Source: Oopsacas minuta
Taxonomy: Eukaryota; Animalia; Porifera
Direction: 5' to 3'
Length of the DNA: 64,000 nt
Assembly: GCA_024704765.1 (NCBI GenBank)
Contig: JAKMXF010000343.1
Coordinates: 124,001-188,000 of the forward strand
Below the pieces are notes generated by a model, which was not told the DNA's origin, searched no databases, and saw only the letters and a list, made by a program, of their open reading frames with translations. This document shows positions 11,501-27,250 of this stretch, piece after piece (the stretch's first letter is position 1; each line of letters starts with the position of its first letter). The position numbers and the translations under genes were made by a program.

Positions 11501-13583
11501 TCATAATTTCTATGAAGATAAACTAGCGGAAGATAGTACAAGTAGGGCCAACACGTACGAGGCGAAATTCGTCGTGGAATTAGCTTTGTATTTAGTGAAA
11601 CGCGGCTATAAACAAGATGAAATTACTATTCTTACATTCTATAATGATCAGAAGTATTTGATTGAAGATAGCCTCGCGAAAAGAATCCGCGATAATGTAA
11701 TTAAAGTGAGTACTGTTGATAAATTTCAAGGTGAAGAGAATGAGATAATTCTACTCTCAATTGTCAGGGGTAATAAGGAGAATTATATCGGCCACTGCTG
11801 TGTGGATAATCGTACAGGTGTAGCCTTCTCAAGGGCTAGGTCAGGATTCTATGTTATCGGGAATGGAAATAGTTTTCGTATCGCGAGCAAGAAAACAACC
11901 TCTGGGCTATGGGAGAGAATTCTAGATCTATTTACAGAATTGAATTGTATTGGCAGTAGTTTACAATTATACTGTAGATTACATGGAGAATTTTATGACG
12001 TTGTAAACAGTGAAGATTTCAAAAGAATAAACGCCGATGGTTGTTTCAAAAGTTGTGAAAAAAGTGCAACTATTAATCTTTCACAAAAATGTAATAAATC
12101 ACATCCCTGTGGTCATCATTGTCTTGGAAAAATCGGAGAAGATTGCAGTCAAATTCCTTGTCTTTTTAACAAAACAAAACAAATGAATTGTGGACACGAA
12201 TTACATTTTCCATGTTCTCTCTCTACCTCTGATGTCTTATCATTGAAATGTGAAATTAAATGTGAATTCATGTTGAAATGCGGCCATGCATGTAAAGGCA
12301 CATGCTTCTTATGTTACCATGGTAACCATTTGGAATGTATAGAGAAATGTGGTCGGAATTTAGTTTGTAATCATGACTGCAGTGAGAACTGTCATTATCC
12401 GTACGAATGTCCGCCGTGTAGGAAAGTTATGACCAACAATTGTGAACATATTAAGAGCTCAATTCTCTGTGGAGATTCGCGAGTTTTGTGTACAAAGCCT
12501 TGTGAGTGGAAATGCGAGCATTTGGAATGTACAATGAAATGTTCTGAAATATGTGACAGGCCTCGTTGTAACGATAGATGTAGTTTATTGTTAAACTGTG
12601 GGCATGTGTGTATGGGTATTTGTGGAGAGAAATGTCCACCTATCTGTCGAAAATGTAAATCTTTTGATGAGAATTTCCAGAAGTATTTCGGTGATGAACA
12701 GAACGCCTTCGCTAATTTTATTATTTTACAAGATTGCGGGCATATTTTTGAAGTTTCAGGACTGGATAGACATGTCAAGAAATCTCTAAAAACCGCAGGA
12801 ATTAACCAATTACCACAATGTCCTAAATGCTCAACATTTATACTAAAGCCATTCAGATACCAAAAACAAGTAAATCGGATTATTTGCAATATCGAAAAAG
12901 TTAAACACAGAATTGCGAAAGACAATATTGAAATTATTCAAGAAAACTTGGAAAAACTTAGGGAATTTTTGTCACAAAACATTTTGCATATTCAGCTACT
13001 CAAACAATTAGAAAAAACCCCAATCTTTATGACATTACAAGGAGATTGCAAGTACACAAATCTTCATATTTTCAGCGAACTTTTGAAAATTCTTGTTGCA
13101 TTTTTTACACAAGATTACCCACTTGAAGTATGGACAGAAGATACACCGATAATGAACTTTTTCAATTCAGAACAATTGGAATATCTCTTGAATATTTCCC
13201 CGAAAGATTCAAAACCTGATGGCCAGCGTGTGCTAAAGGAATTGCTGTTAAAATTCCGAATATGCCCTCTGTACACAATTTTCAAACTTGCCGATTCGGA
13301 CAAACTTCAATTATGGGAAAATAAGCTATTTACAGAAATCAAGACTAAGTTTAACAGCCAAACAGCTGCAGGGGTAATGGATGAAATGTTTCTAGCATTT
13401 TGTGAAGCTTTTCTCTTCAGAATTAACGAAAGTTATAATTTGAATTTCCCAGCAATGAAATATGAAAGTTTTAGAAGAAAAGTAACTGATAATGCTATAG
13501 GCTGGGGAGTATGTATAGATGATCATGTCTATGAAATTCTAGAAGGGAAAGAACCGAATTCGTGTCCAGTTTGTAAGAAATAA
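8537..13583 (+). CDS. ZNFX1: ZNFX1-like SF1 (Upf1-like) RNA helicase with NFX1 zinc fingers, RING-like segment and degenerate RZ finger; one frameshift at ~9645-9700
   Basis: MIESREIYFEAY, Walker A QGPPGTGKT, VDEAGEV, IGDPQMLKP, LSLFERL, LQHRMRPEIS, DKFQGEE, VAFSRAR, repeated C-x3-L-x-CGH-x-C NFX1 units; ORF 8537-9703 joins 9735-13583 through a +1 shift (KLKIDSVQLTIKF..FMIES). Confidence 0.9.
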
Positions 13584-13998
13584 CTTCTGAAAAGAGAGAT
13601 TTGATACTTTATTATCTTTATATTTTATATGTTAGCCCAGCGGGTGTTAATTATTAATTAAGTTAGTTTGTGACGTCATAGATGTTATGCTATGTATTAT
13701 TGTGTCTGTTATACACATTGAATGAATTAGATATATTACTGTAGCCAAGATTTTTCGTATTATTGGTTCCTTCAAATCTACTTAATCGGGACAATTTTCA
13801 GGCAGGATTTGGCCCAGTCCATCGAAATAACTTACCAAAATATTGTTCACTCCTAATCGTGAAAAAAACTTGCAGAATGCTGCAGATATATCCATTTAAC
13901 ATTGAAGTATAAAAAACAAATAATAAACAAATAATTGATATTATAGACATCGAAATTGATAAATCTTATATTTTCTTATGGCCAAGAAGGTATAACTC

Positions 13999-14898
13999 TT
14001 AGGACTTGATGGGATATTTCCTTAGAAGTCTATTTTTCTTCGAAACCTCTTTCTTCAAAACCTCTTTCTCATTAACCTCTTTCTCATTAACCTCTTTCTT
14101 CAAACTCTCCAATGTCTTTTGTTGCTCTATTGACTTACGTGTTAATTCTGTAACCTTTCTTTCCAACTGGTCTACCTTATTAACTGTATACATCATGGTC
14201 ATGTTTAGATGTTTAAACTCATCAGTGCTCTTGTGGTCCATTAATTCACACCTCTTGATAGTTTCTTTACAACCAAAATTCTTGTAATCACAAGCCACAA
14301 GCTCGTTAGGACAATCCACTTTTAAATGAGACGCTATCATTCTACGTTTCAAGCTAGCAGTACAGTCGTTGGGGCAAGTTACAACAAACTCATTACACAT
14401 TCCATTATGAAGTTGTATATCCATGAATTGTATTTCCAGGTTACAATATTCACATGACACTTTCCTAAGTTCGCATTTTTTCATATGAAACTCCGTTTCA
14501 GATCGTCTTAAATTCATTATACAATTGTTGGGACAATTTGTAATGAATTCTTCACACACACCAAGGTGTATCTCCACCTCACTTATAGTTCCATTCCATT
14601 TACACCCTCTGGTTGCTAAGGGACATCTAACTTTGAGAGTAGCAATTCTTTTCCTAGAGCGTACCATGGGGATAACGTCTGTACCCGGATTACTACAAGA
14701 TGCACAAACAGGAGTTTGTTCTTCTCCAAACTGAGAAGCGTTACGCATAATTCCTTTACATTTCGTACATAAATAATCCTCACATTCCAATTCACCTAAC
14801 CTGTCGATTAGCAAATCTGTGTTATATCCAGATCCGTTTTCTACATTCAAAAGTATGTCTGTATTGTCAATAGAATTATACGTTTTTCTAGTCGCCAT
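13999..14898 (-). CDS. TRAF-type zinc-finger protein without MATH domain (299 aa), paralog of the 6757 gene
   Basis: MATRKTYNS start, CTKC..CASC, RCPLATRGCKWNG, TRAF fingers, ends in KEVNE/KEVLK/KEVSK repeats. Confidence 0.8.
   Translation of the reverse strand: MATRKTYNSIDNTDILLNVENGSGYNTDLLIDRLGELECEDYLCTKCKGIMRNASQFGEEQTPVCASCSNPGTDVIPMVRSRKRIATLKVRCPLATRGCKWNGTISEVEIHLGVCEEFITNCPNNCIMNLRRSETEFHMKKCELRKVSCEYCNLEIQFMDIQLHNGMCNEFVVTCPNDCTASLKRRMIASHLKVDCPNELVACDYKNFGCKETIKRCELMDHKSTDEFKHLNMTMMYTVNKVDQLERKVTELTRKSIEQQKTLESLKKEVNEKEVNEKEVLKKEVSKKNRLLRKYPIKS
14043..14101. repeat. 15-bp coding tandem repeat (about 4 units)
   Basis: aacctctttcttcaa / aacctctttctcatt / aacctctttctcatt / aacctctttcttc. 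Confidence 0.85.
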
Positions 14899-15048
14899 TT
14901 TTTGGGGATTTATACGAGTTATGACGAAGCTAAAGAACTGCGATTATTAACGTGATATAACCAATGGAATATATGTTACATTGACTGTTTGGGACTATAT
15001 TTATACAATGTTAGACTGCGAGATATGCAGGTAAGAATTTTACATATA

Positions 15049-15284
15049 CCGTAAACTGGGGCTACTTTGGCCCACTGGGTTTGCTTTAGCCCAAATATTG
15101 AAATTTGCTTACGTATCGAATAGATATTGTATTTGTATTCGAAATTGTCTACCGACATTTGAAGATTCGTTAAACATTTGGCTAGTCATTTTCAAGTATA
15201 ATACTGAATCTAATCGAGTTTCTTTGAAACTTTGATATTTGGGCTAAAGCAAACCCAGTGGGCCAAAGTAGCCCCAGTTTACGG
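15049..15284. mobile_element. MITE with ~50-bp perfect terminal inverted repeats, TA-flanked
   Basis: TA|CCGTAAACTGGGGCTACTTTGGCCCACTGGGTTTGCTTTAGCCCAAATAT ... exact reverse complement ending GTTTACGG|TA. Confidence 0.88.
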
Positions 15285-15417
15285 TATCGTGTTTCGTATA
15301 ACGGCACAGTTGACTTTACTGACGATAAAAATATCCAAAAGTTTATTAAAGCAATCGGAACTAGCTTAATTACTTAAATCATTATTTAATAATACAACAC
15401 TAAGGTAAATAAACAAA

Positions 15418-20103
<4,686 letters not shown>

Positions 20104-20207
20104 ATTTTTGACTAAATACCATACAATAATTCACATTTAATAGTTTGGTAATAGCTGAGTCGGATTGGGCTACCAGGACACCTGGGTCACTGCTCCACTG
20201 GGTAATA

Positions 20208-20378
20208 CAGCCAACTCCAGTTATATCGAAACTCAGGTGACCACGATAAGTAATTTGATATAACCGATGGAATATAGGTTAGTTTGAGGCTTAGGACCAT
20301 ATTTGTACAATTTCAAACTTCTATATAAGCGGGTATTCTCATATCCCTGTGTGTTCTATATTACTAACGGGAGGTGAA
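20208..20378. mobile_element. MITE family A
   Basis: TA|CAGCCAACTCCAGTTATATCG..GGACCATATTTGTACAATTTC..AACGGGAG core. Confidence 0.75.
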
Positions 20379-20498
20379 TTTATGTTGATAATAAAAACGA
20401 TAATAATAATAATTTGAAAGTGTAACACGACAAGAATGATAAAACAACAAAATATATTTATACAATAATTCTAATGCAAATTATAACTTCAGTTAAGT

Positions 20499-21991
20499 TT
20501 ATTGAATACATACACTAATCTCTAATTCAATGCAATCATCTTTGATAAATTCTTTTGTAATATCAGATCTGGGGAATCTAGCAATTGTGTTAGGAGAAGA
20601 AAAATCTCCTTGTTCCTGAACTTCAATCAATTTAGCTCCTAGTTTTTTTGTGTGGTTCGGTTTGTCATTACAGATCTGGGAGGTTATAAATAATGCTTTG
20701 AAAGGCCGAGTTAGTTTATCAAAATTAAATCCATCCTTAGGGTGGAATTTAATCACGAAATTATCTCCAGGAGTGGAGTCTAGCATAAGCGTAAAGATAT
20801 ATGTGTCAGCTTGGAACTGTTCTTGTAGATGTACGTAATAGCGATACCTCGGACGTATATCTTCCATCTTTATTTTCCAGTATAGATTTGTGATCTTAGG
20901 TAAAATTTGCTTTAAAATTTCAGATTTGTTTAGTTTTGCCTCTGTTTTTAATGATTCTATTTCTTGAGACATTTGTTCCATCATTTCGCCCTGTTTCATC
21001 AGGATCTCTTCCATTGCACTGAGTTTCAATTCAGTGTGTTCAGTCCTCTTCTCTCCAAATGCTGATTGAGTTCCTTCCTCTTGATTAGTCCTACTTCACA
21101 CTTGTACTTTATAAACGGACACTCTATCATCTTTTCAACACATTCTTCCTCTATGTGTTGTGCCATATTGTTTCGGCAAGCCACTGTGCCACATCCTAGT
21201 TCACATGTTAGTGGCATTTTTGGACACTCTACCAGATGAATTGTCATTTCACAAGCTTTGAAATCTATGTGACAGTACTCACAAGGTATCATACGTTGTA
21301 CACACTTTTCATTCACATGCATATCGAGTTCATCACGTGGTAACTCTATTCCACATCCTAGTTTGCATTTCTCTACCACACGACCACAATCTTTCTCTAG
21401 ATGATGTGCCATATCCTTACGACACACCACTGTGCCACATTTAAGTTCACACTTAAGTGGCATTTTTGGACACTTTTCTATATGATCTGGCATATCACAA
21501 ACTTTGAAATCTGTCTGACAATGCTCACAAGGTATTTCTCGAAAATTACACTGTTCACTGACATGTATGGATAGCTCATGACGTGGTAACACTATATCAC
21601 ATCCTAGTTTACATTTCTCATGAACATGACTACACACATCAAGATGGTTCTCACATTCTCCTAGTGTTCCTAGCCATTCACAGCCCCGTTGGAACAAGGG
21701 ACACGAGCACTTGAGTGAGAGAACTGTGTCCCTCACGTATATATTTGGGTGTGTTTGTTCCTCTCCCTTGGTACAACAGGAACAAAATTGTTCCCCAGTA
21801 CTCGATATACACGCTTCTCTTAGAATTCCTTGGCAACGCTTACAAATTAAGAGTACACTCTCTCTGTCTGACAAATTTTCAGTTAGAATATCTTTCCTAA
21901 AACCTAGAAAGAGGGAGGAACCCCCTCTTCTAAGTCGACACAAATCTGTTCCTTTCTCAGACTTAATGATTTCCAAGGAAATATCTGCCAT
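20499..21991 (-). pseudogene. TRAF-like gene with a single -1 frameshift (one extra 3-finger module)
   Basis: ORFs 21991-21026 and 21029-20499 are collinear; ctctcc at ~21051-21056 versus ctcctcc in paralogs. Confidence 0.75.
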
Positions 21992-22156
21992 TTATTCCTG
22001 TTACAAAAAGTTATTAAAACAACAACAAAATAGAACACCAAACAAAAATATCATAAATATATCCTACTTCTAAAGTAACCATAATTATTTATACATTACA
22101 AATATCTCAATATATTTATACAATAATTCTAATGTAAATTATAACTTTAGTTAAGT

Positions 22157-23956
22157 TTATTGAAAACATACACTAATCTCGAAGTCAAAGCAATTATCTT
22201 TGATAAACTCTTTTGCAATAACAGATCTAGGGCATTTAGCAATTGTGTTAGGAGGGGAAAGATAATCTTGTTCCTGAACTTCAATCAATCTACCTCCTAG
22301 TTTTTTTGTGTACTTCGGGTTGTCATGACAGATCAGGGAGGTTATAAATACTGCTTTGAAAGGCCGAGTTAGTTTATCAAAATCAAATCCATCCTTAGGG
22401 TGGAATTTAATCACGAAATTATCTCCAGGAGTGTACTCTAGCATAAGCGTAAAGATATATCTACCAGTTTGAAACAGTTGTTGTACATGTGTGGGAAAAA
22501 AGTAATGGAGATCACGCCTCCAACTTTTCTCTTCCATTTTTATTTTCCAGTATAGATTTGTGATTTTAGGTGAAATTTGCTTTAAAATTTCTTTGTTTAG
22601 TTTTGCCTCTGTTTTCAATAATTCCATTTCTTGAGACATTTGTTCCATCATTTCGCTCTGTTGCATAACAATCTCTTCCATAGCACTGAGTTTCAATTCT
22701 GTGTGTTCAGTCCTCTTCTCCTCCAAATGCTGATTGAGTTCCTTCCTCTTGATTAGTCCTACTTCACACTTGTACTTTCTAAACGGACACTCTATCATCT
22801 TCTCTACACATTCTTCTTGTATGTGTTGTGCCATATTGTTCCGGCAACCCACTGTGCCACATCCTAGTTCACATGTTAGTGGCATTTTTGGACACTCTAC
22901 CAGATGAATTGTCATTTCACAAGCTTTGAAATCTATGTGACAGTACTCACAAGGTATCATACGTTGTACACACTTTTCATTCACATGCATATCGAGTTCA
23001 TCACGTGATAACTCTATTCCACATCCTAGTTTGCATTTCTCTACTACACGACCACAATCTTTCTCTAGATGATGTGCCATATCCTCACGACACATCACTG
23101 TGTCACATTTTAAATCACACTTAAGTGGCATTTTTGGACACATTTCTATATGATCTGGCATATCACAAACTTTGAAATCTGTCTGACAATGCTCACAAGG
23201 TATCATACGTTGTTCACACTTTGTATTCACATGCATATCGAGTTCATCACGTTGTAGCGCTATTCCACAGCCTAGTTTGCATTGCTCTATCACACGACCA
23301 CAATCTTTCTCTAGATGATGTGCCATATCCTCACGACACATCACTGTGCCACATTTTAAATCACACTTAAGTGGCATTTTTGGACACTTTTCTATATGAT
23401 TTGGCATATCACAAGCTTTGAAATCTTTCTTACAATGCTCACAAGGTATTTCACGAAGTTTACACTTTTCACTGACATGTACTTTTAGCTCATGACGTGG
23501 TAACTCCATATCACATCCTAGTTTACATTTCTCATGAACATGACTACATACTTCAAGATGGTTCTCACATTCTCCTAGTGTTCCTAGCCATTCACAGCTT
23601 CGTTGGAACAAGGGACACGAGCACTTGAGTGAGAGAACTGTGTCCCTCACATGCATATTCGGATGTGTTTGGTCCTCTCCCTTGGTACAACAGGAACAAA
23701 ATTGTTCCCCAGTACTCGATATACACGCTTCTCTTAGAATTCCTTGACAACGCTTACAAACTAGGAGTACACTCTCTCTGTCTGACAAATTTTCAGTTAG
23801 ATTATCTTTCCTAAAACCTAGAAAGATTCCTCCCTCACCTCTTACTCGACACAGATCTCTTCCTTTCTGAGACTTAAGAATTTCAACACCTCTTGTCGCT
23901 CCCCCGCTGGGTGAAGTTGTCCCTTTTGTCTCTTTTTTTATTTTACCCCAAAACAT
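22157..23956 (-). CDS. TRAF-like protein with two extra 246-bp zinc-finger modules and a ZNFX1-derived N-terminus
   Basis: Uninterrupted ORF, likely start ATG 23956 (MFWGK...TTSPSGGATRG then VEILKSQKG); acaagg registers at 23441, 23195 and 22949 are 246 bp apart. Confidence 0.88.
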   Translation of the reverse strand: MFWGKIKKETKGTTSPSGGATRGVEILKSQKGRDLCRVRGEGGIFLGFRKDNLTENLSDRESVLLVCKRCQGILREACISSTGEQFCSCCTKGEDQTHPNMHVRDTVLSLKCSCPLFQRSCEWLGTLGECENHLEVCSHVHEKCKLGCDMELPRHELKVHVSEKCKLREIPCEHCKKDFKACDMPNHIEKCPKMPLKCDLKCGTVMCREDMAHHLEKDCGRVIEQCKLGCGIALQRDELDMHVNTKCEQRMIPCEHCQTDFKVCDMPDHIEMCPKMPLKCDLKCDTVMCREDMAHHLEKDCGRVVEKCKLGCGIELSRDELDMHVNEKCVQRMIPCEYCHIDFKACEMTIHLVECPKMPLTCELGCGTVGCRNNMAQHIQEECVEKMIECPFRKYKCEVGLIKRKELNQHLEEKRTEHTELKLSAMEEIVMQQSEMMEQMSQEMELLKTEAKLNKEILKQISPKITNLYWKIKMEEKSWRRDLHYFFPTHVQQLFQTGRYIFTLMLEYTPGDNFVIKFHPKDGFDFDKLTRPFKAVFITSLICHDNPKYTKKLGGRLIEVQEQDYLSPPNTIAKCPRSVIAKEFIKDNCFDFEISVCFQ

Positions 23957-24039
23957 TTGAACTAAACAATACAAATAAAATTACAGCTAATAGGCAATAG
24001 ATTTAATTATTAATAGTATAATACAAATATTCAATTAAT

Positions 24040-24188
24040 AGTCTACTCCCATTATATGGAAGTCAGAAATTGTACAAATATGATCCAAAACAGTCAAAGT
24101 AATATACTTTCATCAGCTATACCCGCTCCGCTTTTATCAAAGTAATTACCGCGGTCCCTTGAGCTTCGATATAACTGGAGTTGAGAGT
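24040..24188. mobile_element. MITE family A
   Basis: GTCTACTCCC..TTGTACAAATATG..GCGGTCCCTTGAGCTTCGATATAACTGGAGTTGAG. Confidence 0.75.
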
Positions 24189-24282
24189 ACAAAATCTTAC
24201 AATTTATACATTCTTCCGGTACAATTAATAATATCATATAAATACATTTATTTACAAATTCAAAGTAAACAAAAATGATATC

Positions 24283-24648
24283 ACATCCTAGTTTACATTT
24301 CTCATGAACATGACTACATACTTCAAGATGGTTCTCACATTCTCCTAGTGTTCCTAGCCATTCACAGCCTCGTTAGAACAAGGGACACGAGCACTTGAGT
24401 GAGAGAATTGTGTCCCTCACATGCATATTCGGATGTGTTTGGTCCTCTCCCTTGGTACAACAGGAACAAAATTGTTCCCTAGTACTCGATATACACGCGT
24501 CTCTAAGAATTCCTTGACAACGGGTACAAACCAGGAATGTATTATCTCTGTCTGACAAATTTTCAGTCAAAATATCTTTCCTAAATCCTCGAAATATTCC
24601 AGCCTCGTCTTCGACACGACACAGATCTGTCAGCATTTTATCTGCCAT
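24283..24648 (-). pseudogene. Truncated TRAF-like 5' fragment
   Basis: MADK..DLCRV..FRKDILTENL..CSCPLF then TAA (CAA in paralogs); homology stops after KCKLGCDI; 24283-24368 is identical to 23511-23596 of the adjacent gene. Confidence 0.85.
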
Positions 24649-25251
24649 TTATTCTACCACCGGTAACTTATAACTTTTCGTATCTTGCACAAAAATAATT
24701 CCGCAATACCTACGCACTTCTTATCCACTTCCAAATGTTCTTAAATGTAAATAATTAATACTGTGTCTCATAGGCATACAAACTATTGGAGTACTCCTTT
24801 AGGCATTTCATAGAACTGAATGAAGTAATACTATACTTTTGAAATCAAATACAGTAAATATTGTATTCTTATATCCACATGTATTCCCTGAAATAATAAT
24901 ATTTACCTAGAAAGTATCAGGCATATTATAACGGGCGGCGGAGCTAGCAAAATTTCAAATTTACAAACTGTGCCGACAAGTATTCAATAAGTGAATTAAT
25001 CAAAATGCTTAATTATTCTAGGCACTGTATTCTAATGTTTGGCTGCCATTATAATGCCTGCCTCGAAATTTATGAATATTGTCGGCAGAGTTTGTAATTT
25101 TGATTTTTTACTATTCAAAATGGACATAATTTGACAAATTGCATTAACACGAGCTGGAATGTTTATTTGTGTATAAATAAGAAAACATACCGTCGCATAA
25201 GGATAATTGTGCATAAGGATAAAAAAGTACAAAATTATAAAAAGTGATCTT

Positions 25252-26511
25252 CTAAAGTAGAAATAAAAATATTTCGAATTCGATTCCTCCCTCTTTGACA
25301 TATTCATCTGTAATTTCAGATTTAGGGAATGTAGCAAGTTTTATTTTGAGTTTAGAACTTCGATAATCTTCTTTCTTCACCTCAATCATTTCACTCCTGA
25401 ATTCCTTTGTGCCTTTGGTGTTGTTATGACAGATCAGATGAATTACTAATTCTGCTTTGAAAGGCCATTTCAGATTTTGATAACCACGTCCATCTCGAGG
25501 GTAGAATTCAATCAGCATAGTAGCAATATTGCATGAAAATTGAAGCTCAAATAGATATCCAGCAACTTGAAAGTTTACTTGGGCTGGGATTGTAAGATTT
25601 TTGAAATTCATTATATTTTCAATATTGTTAATTCGCCATTCTAGTTTTGTAGCTTTAGTTATGAAAAGTAGAGTTTGTTTCAATTCTCTAGCTTCTATTT
25701 CTAAATCTTCAACCTTGTGAGTCAGCTGTTCAGTTTCTGCTTTTACTAATTCCGTTTCTTTGCTCTGTTGCATAATAATCTCTTCCATAGCACTGAGTTT
25801 CAATTCTGTGTGTTCAGTCCTCTTCTCCTTCAAATGCTGATTGAGTTCCTTCCTCTTGATTAATCCTACTTCACACTTGTATTTTCTAAACGGACACTCT
25901 ACCTTCTTCTCTACACACTCCTCCTCTAGGTGTTGTGCCATGTCCTCACGACACAAGATTATGCCACATCCTAGTTCACATGATAGTGGAATTTTCTGAC
26001 ACTTTTCCAGATGGTTAAGCATATCATAAGGCGTAATCCCTCTCTGACAATGCTCACAAGGTATTTTACGAAATGTACACTCTTCTCTTATATGACTAGA
26101 TAGCTCATGACGTGGTAACACTATATCACATCCTAGTTTACATTTCTCATGTACATGACCACACAGATCTAAGTGGTTCTCACATTCTCCTAGTTTTCCT
26201 AGCCAATCACAGCCCCGGTTGAACAAAGGACACGAGCACTTAAGTGGAAAGACTGTGTTACTTACATGTGCATTTTGGTGAGTCTGTTCCCCCTTTTTAG
26301 AACAACAAGAGCAAAATTGCTCTCCGCTAGTAGTTGATATGCATGCTTCTCTTAGAATGCCTTGACAACGGGTACAACTCAGGAATGTATTGTCTCTCTC
26401 TGTCAAATTTTCAGTTAGAATATCTTTCCTAAAACCTAGAAATTTTCCTCCCTCTCCTCTGACCCGACACAGATCTCTTCCTTTCTCAGACACAAGAATG
26501 TTAAGAGCCAT
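25252..26511 (-). CDS. TRAF-like protein, intact 419 aa
   Basis: Single ORF with family motifs; MATH-like LEWRI..FQVAGY..KWPFKAELVIHLICH..EYVKEGGIEFEI. Confidence 0.88.
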   Translation of the reverse strand: MALNILVSEKGRDLCRVRGEGGKFLGFRKDILTENLTERDNTFLSCTRCQGILREACISTTSGEQFCSCCSKKGEQTHQNAHVSNTVFPLKCSCPLFNRGCDWLGKLGECENHLDLCGHVHEKCKLGCDIVLPRHELSSHIREECTFRKIPCEHCQRGITPYDMLNHLEKCQKIPLSCELGCGIILCREDMAQHLEEECVEKKVECPFRKYKCEVGLIKRKELNQHLKEKRTEHTELKLSAMEEIIMQQSKETELVKAETEQLTHKVEDLEIEARELKQTLLFITKATKLEWRINNIENIMNFKNLTIPAQVNFQVAGYLFELQFSCNIATMLIEFYPRDGRGYQNLKWPFKAELVIHLICHNNTKGTKEFRSEMIEVKKEDYRSSKLKIKLATFPKSEITDEYVKEGGIEFEIFLFLL

Positions 26512-27250
26512 TAATATTTATGTGATCACCGTGCCGTATGAATCTAGGTTTCTTCCATATTCATGTTGATATTAGATATTATAAATTCAAACAAAAACAG
26601 TTCGAAGAAATCACTTTTATTCCACGAACTCAATAAAGTTGTCCAGAATTATTATTACCGTGAACCAAAGGTTAGTCAAATGGTGTAACAATTTAGAAAT
26701 AGTGGAATTTGTAAAAGATTAGAAAGCCCTAGCACTTTTCAATGTATCAGGGCGGATCAAGGAAGATGTAAAGAGGAGCAGCTGGGCTTGTGCGCTGTGA
26801 ACACTTAGGGTTTCCGGGGTAATTACAATATATATTTACACATAATAATACAAAATGAGGGGGGCTTCGGCCCCCTGGATCTGCCTTAGAGTATATCTAG
26901 AATACACAGCCAAGTTAAGCTTACCAAAATGTTAAATAGTCCTGCCTCCAGAGAAAATTGGTAACTTGTAGTAGTTTCATTATTCGTTATGAATAATAAT
27001 TATTATTATTATATTCACACATTATACTAAACACTGAATTCTTTATGTTTTGGTTATTCAAAATAAGTAATTGGCCCCATCGGGCAAATTTGGTATAGAG
27101 ACGATATTCGGTTAAACAGGGTTTAGTACGTACTAACCGAAGTACGTCTTCTCCCGTACAAAATTGATAATAGGTTTAGAATAAAGGACTAACCGTGTAA
27201 TGTTCATTGAAATATATCTCAAAATTAACGTATAACAATAAGATACATAA

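Noticed and set aside
26748-26888. GC-rich insert with CAGGGCGGATC...GATCTGCCT ends
   Set aside because: Probably another MITE, but the TIR is imperfect, no TSD is visible and there is no second copy in the window
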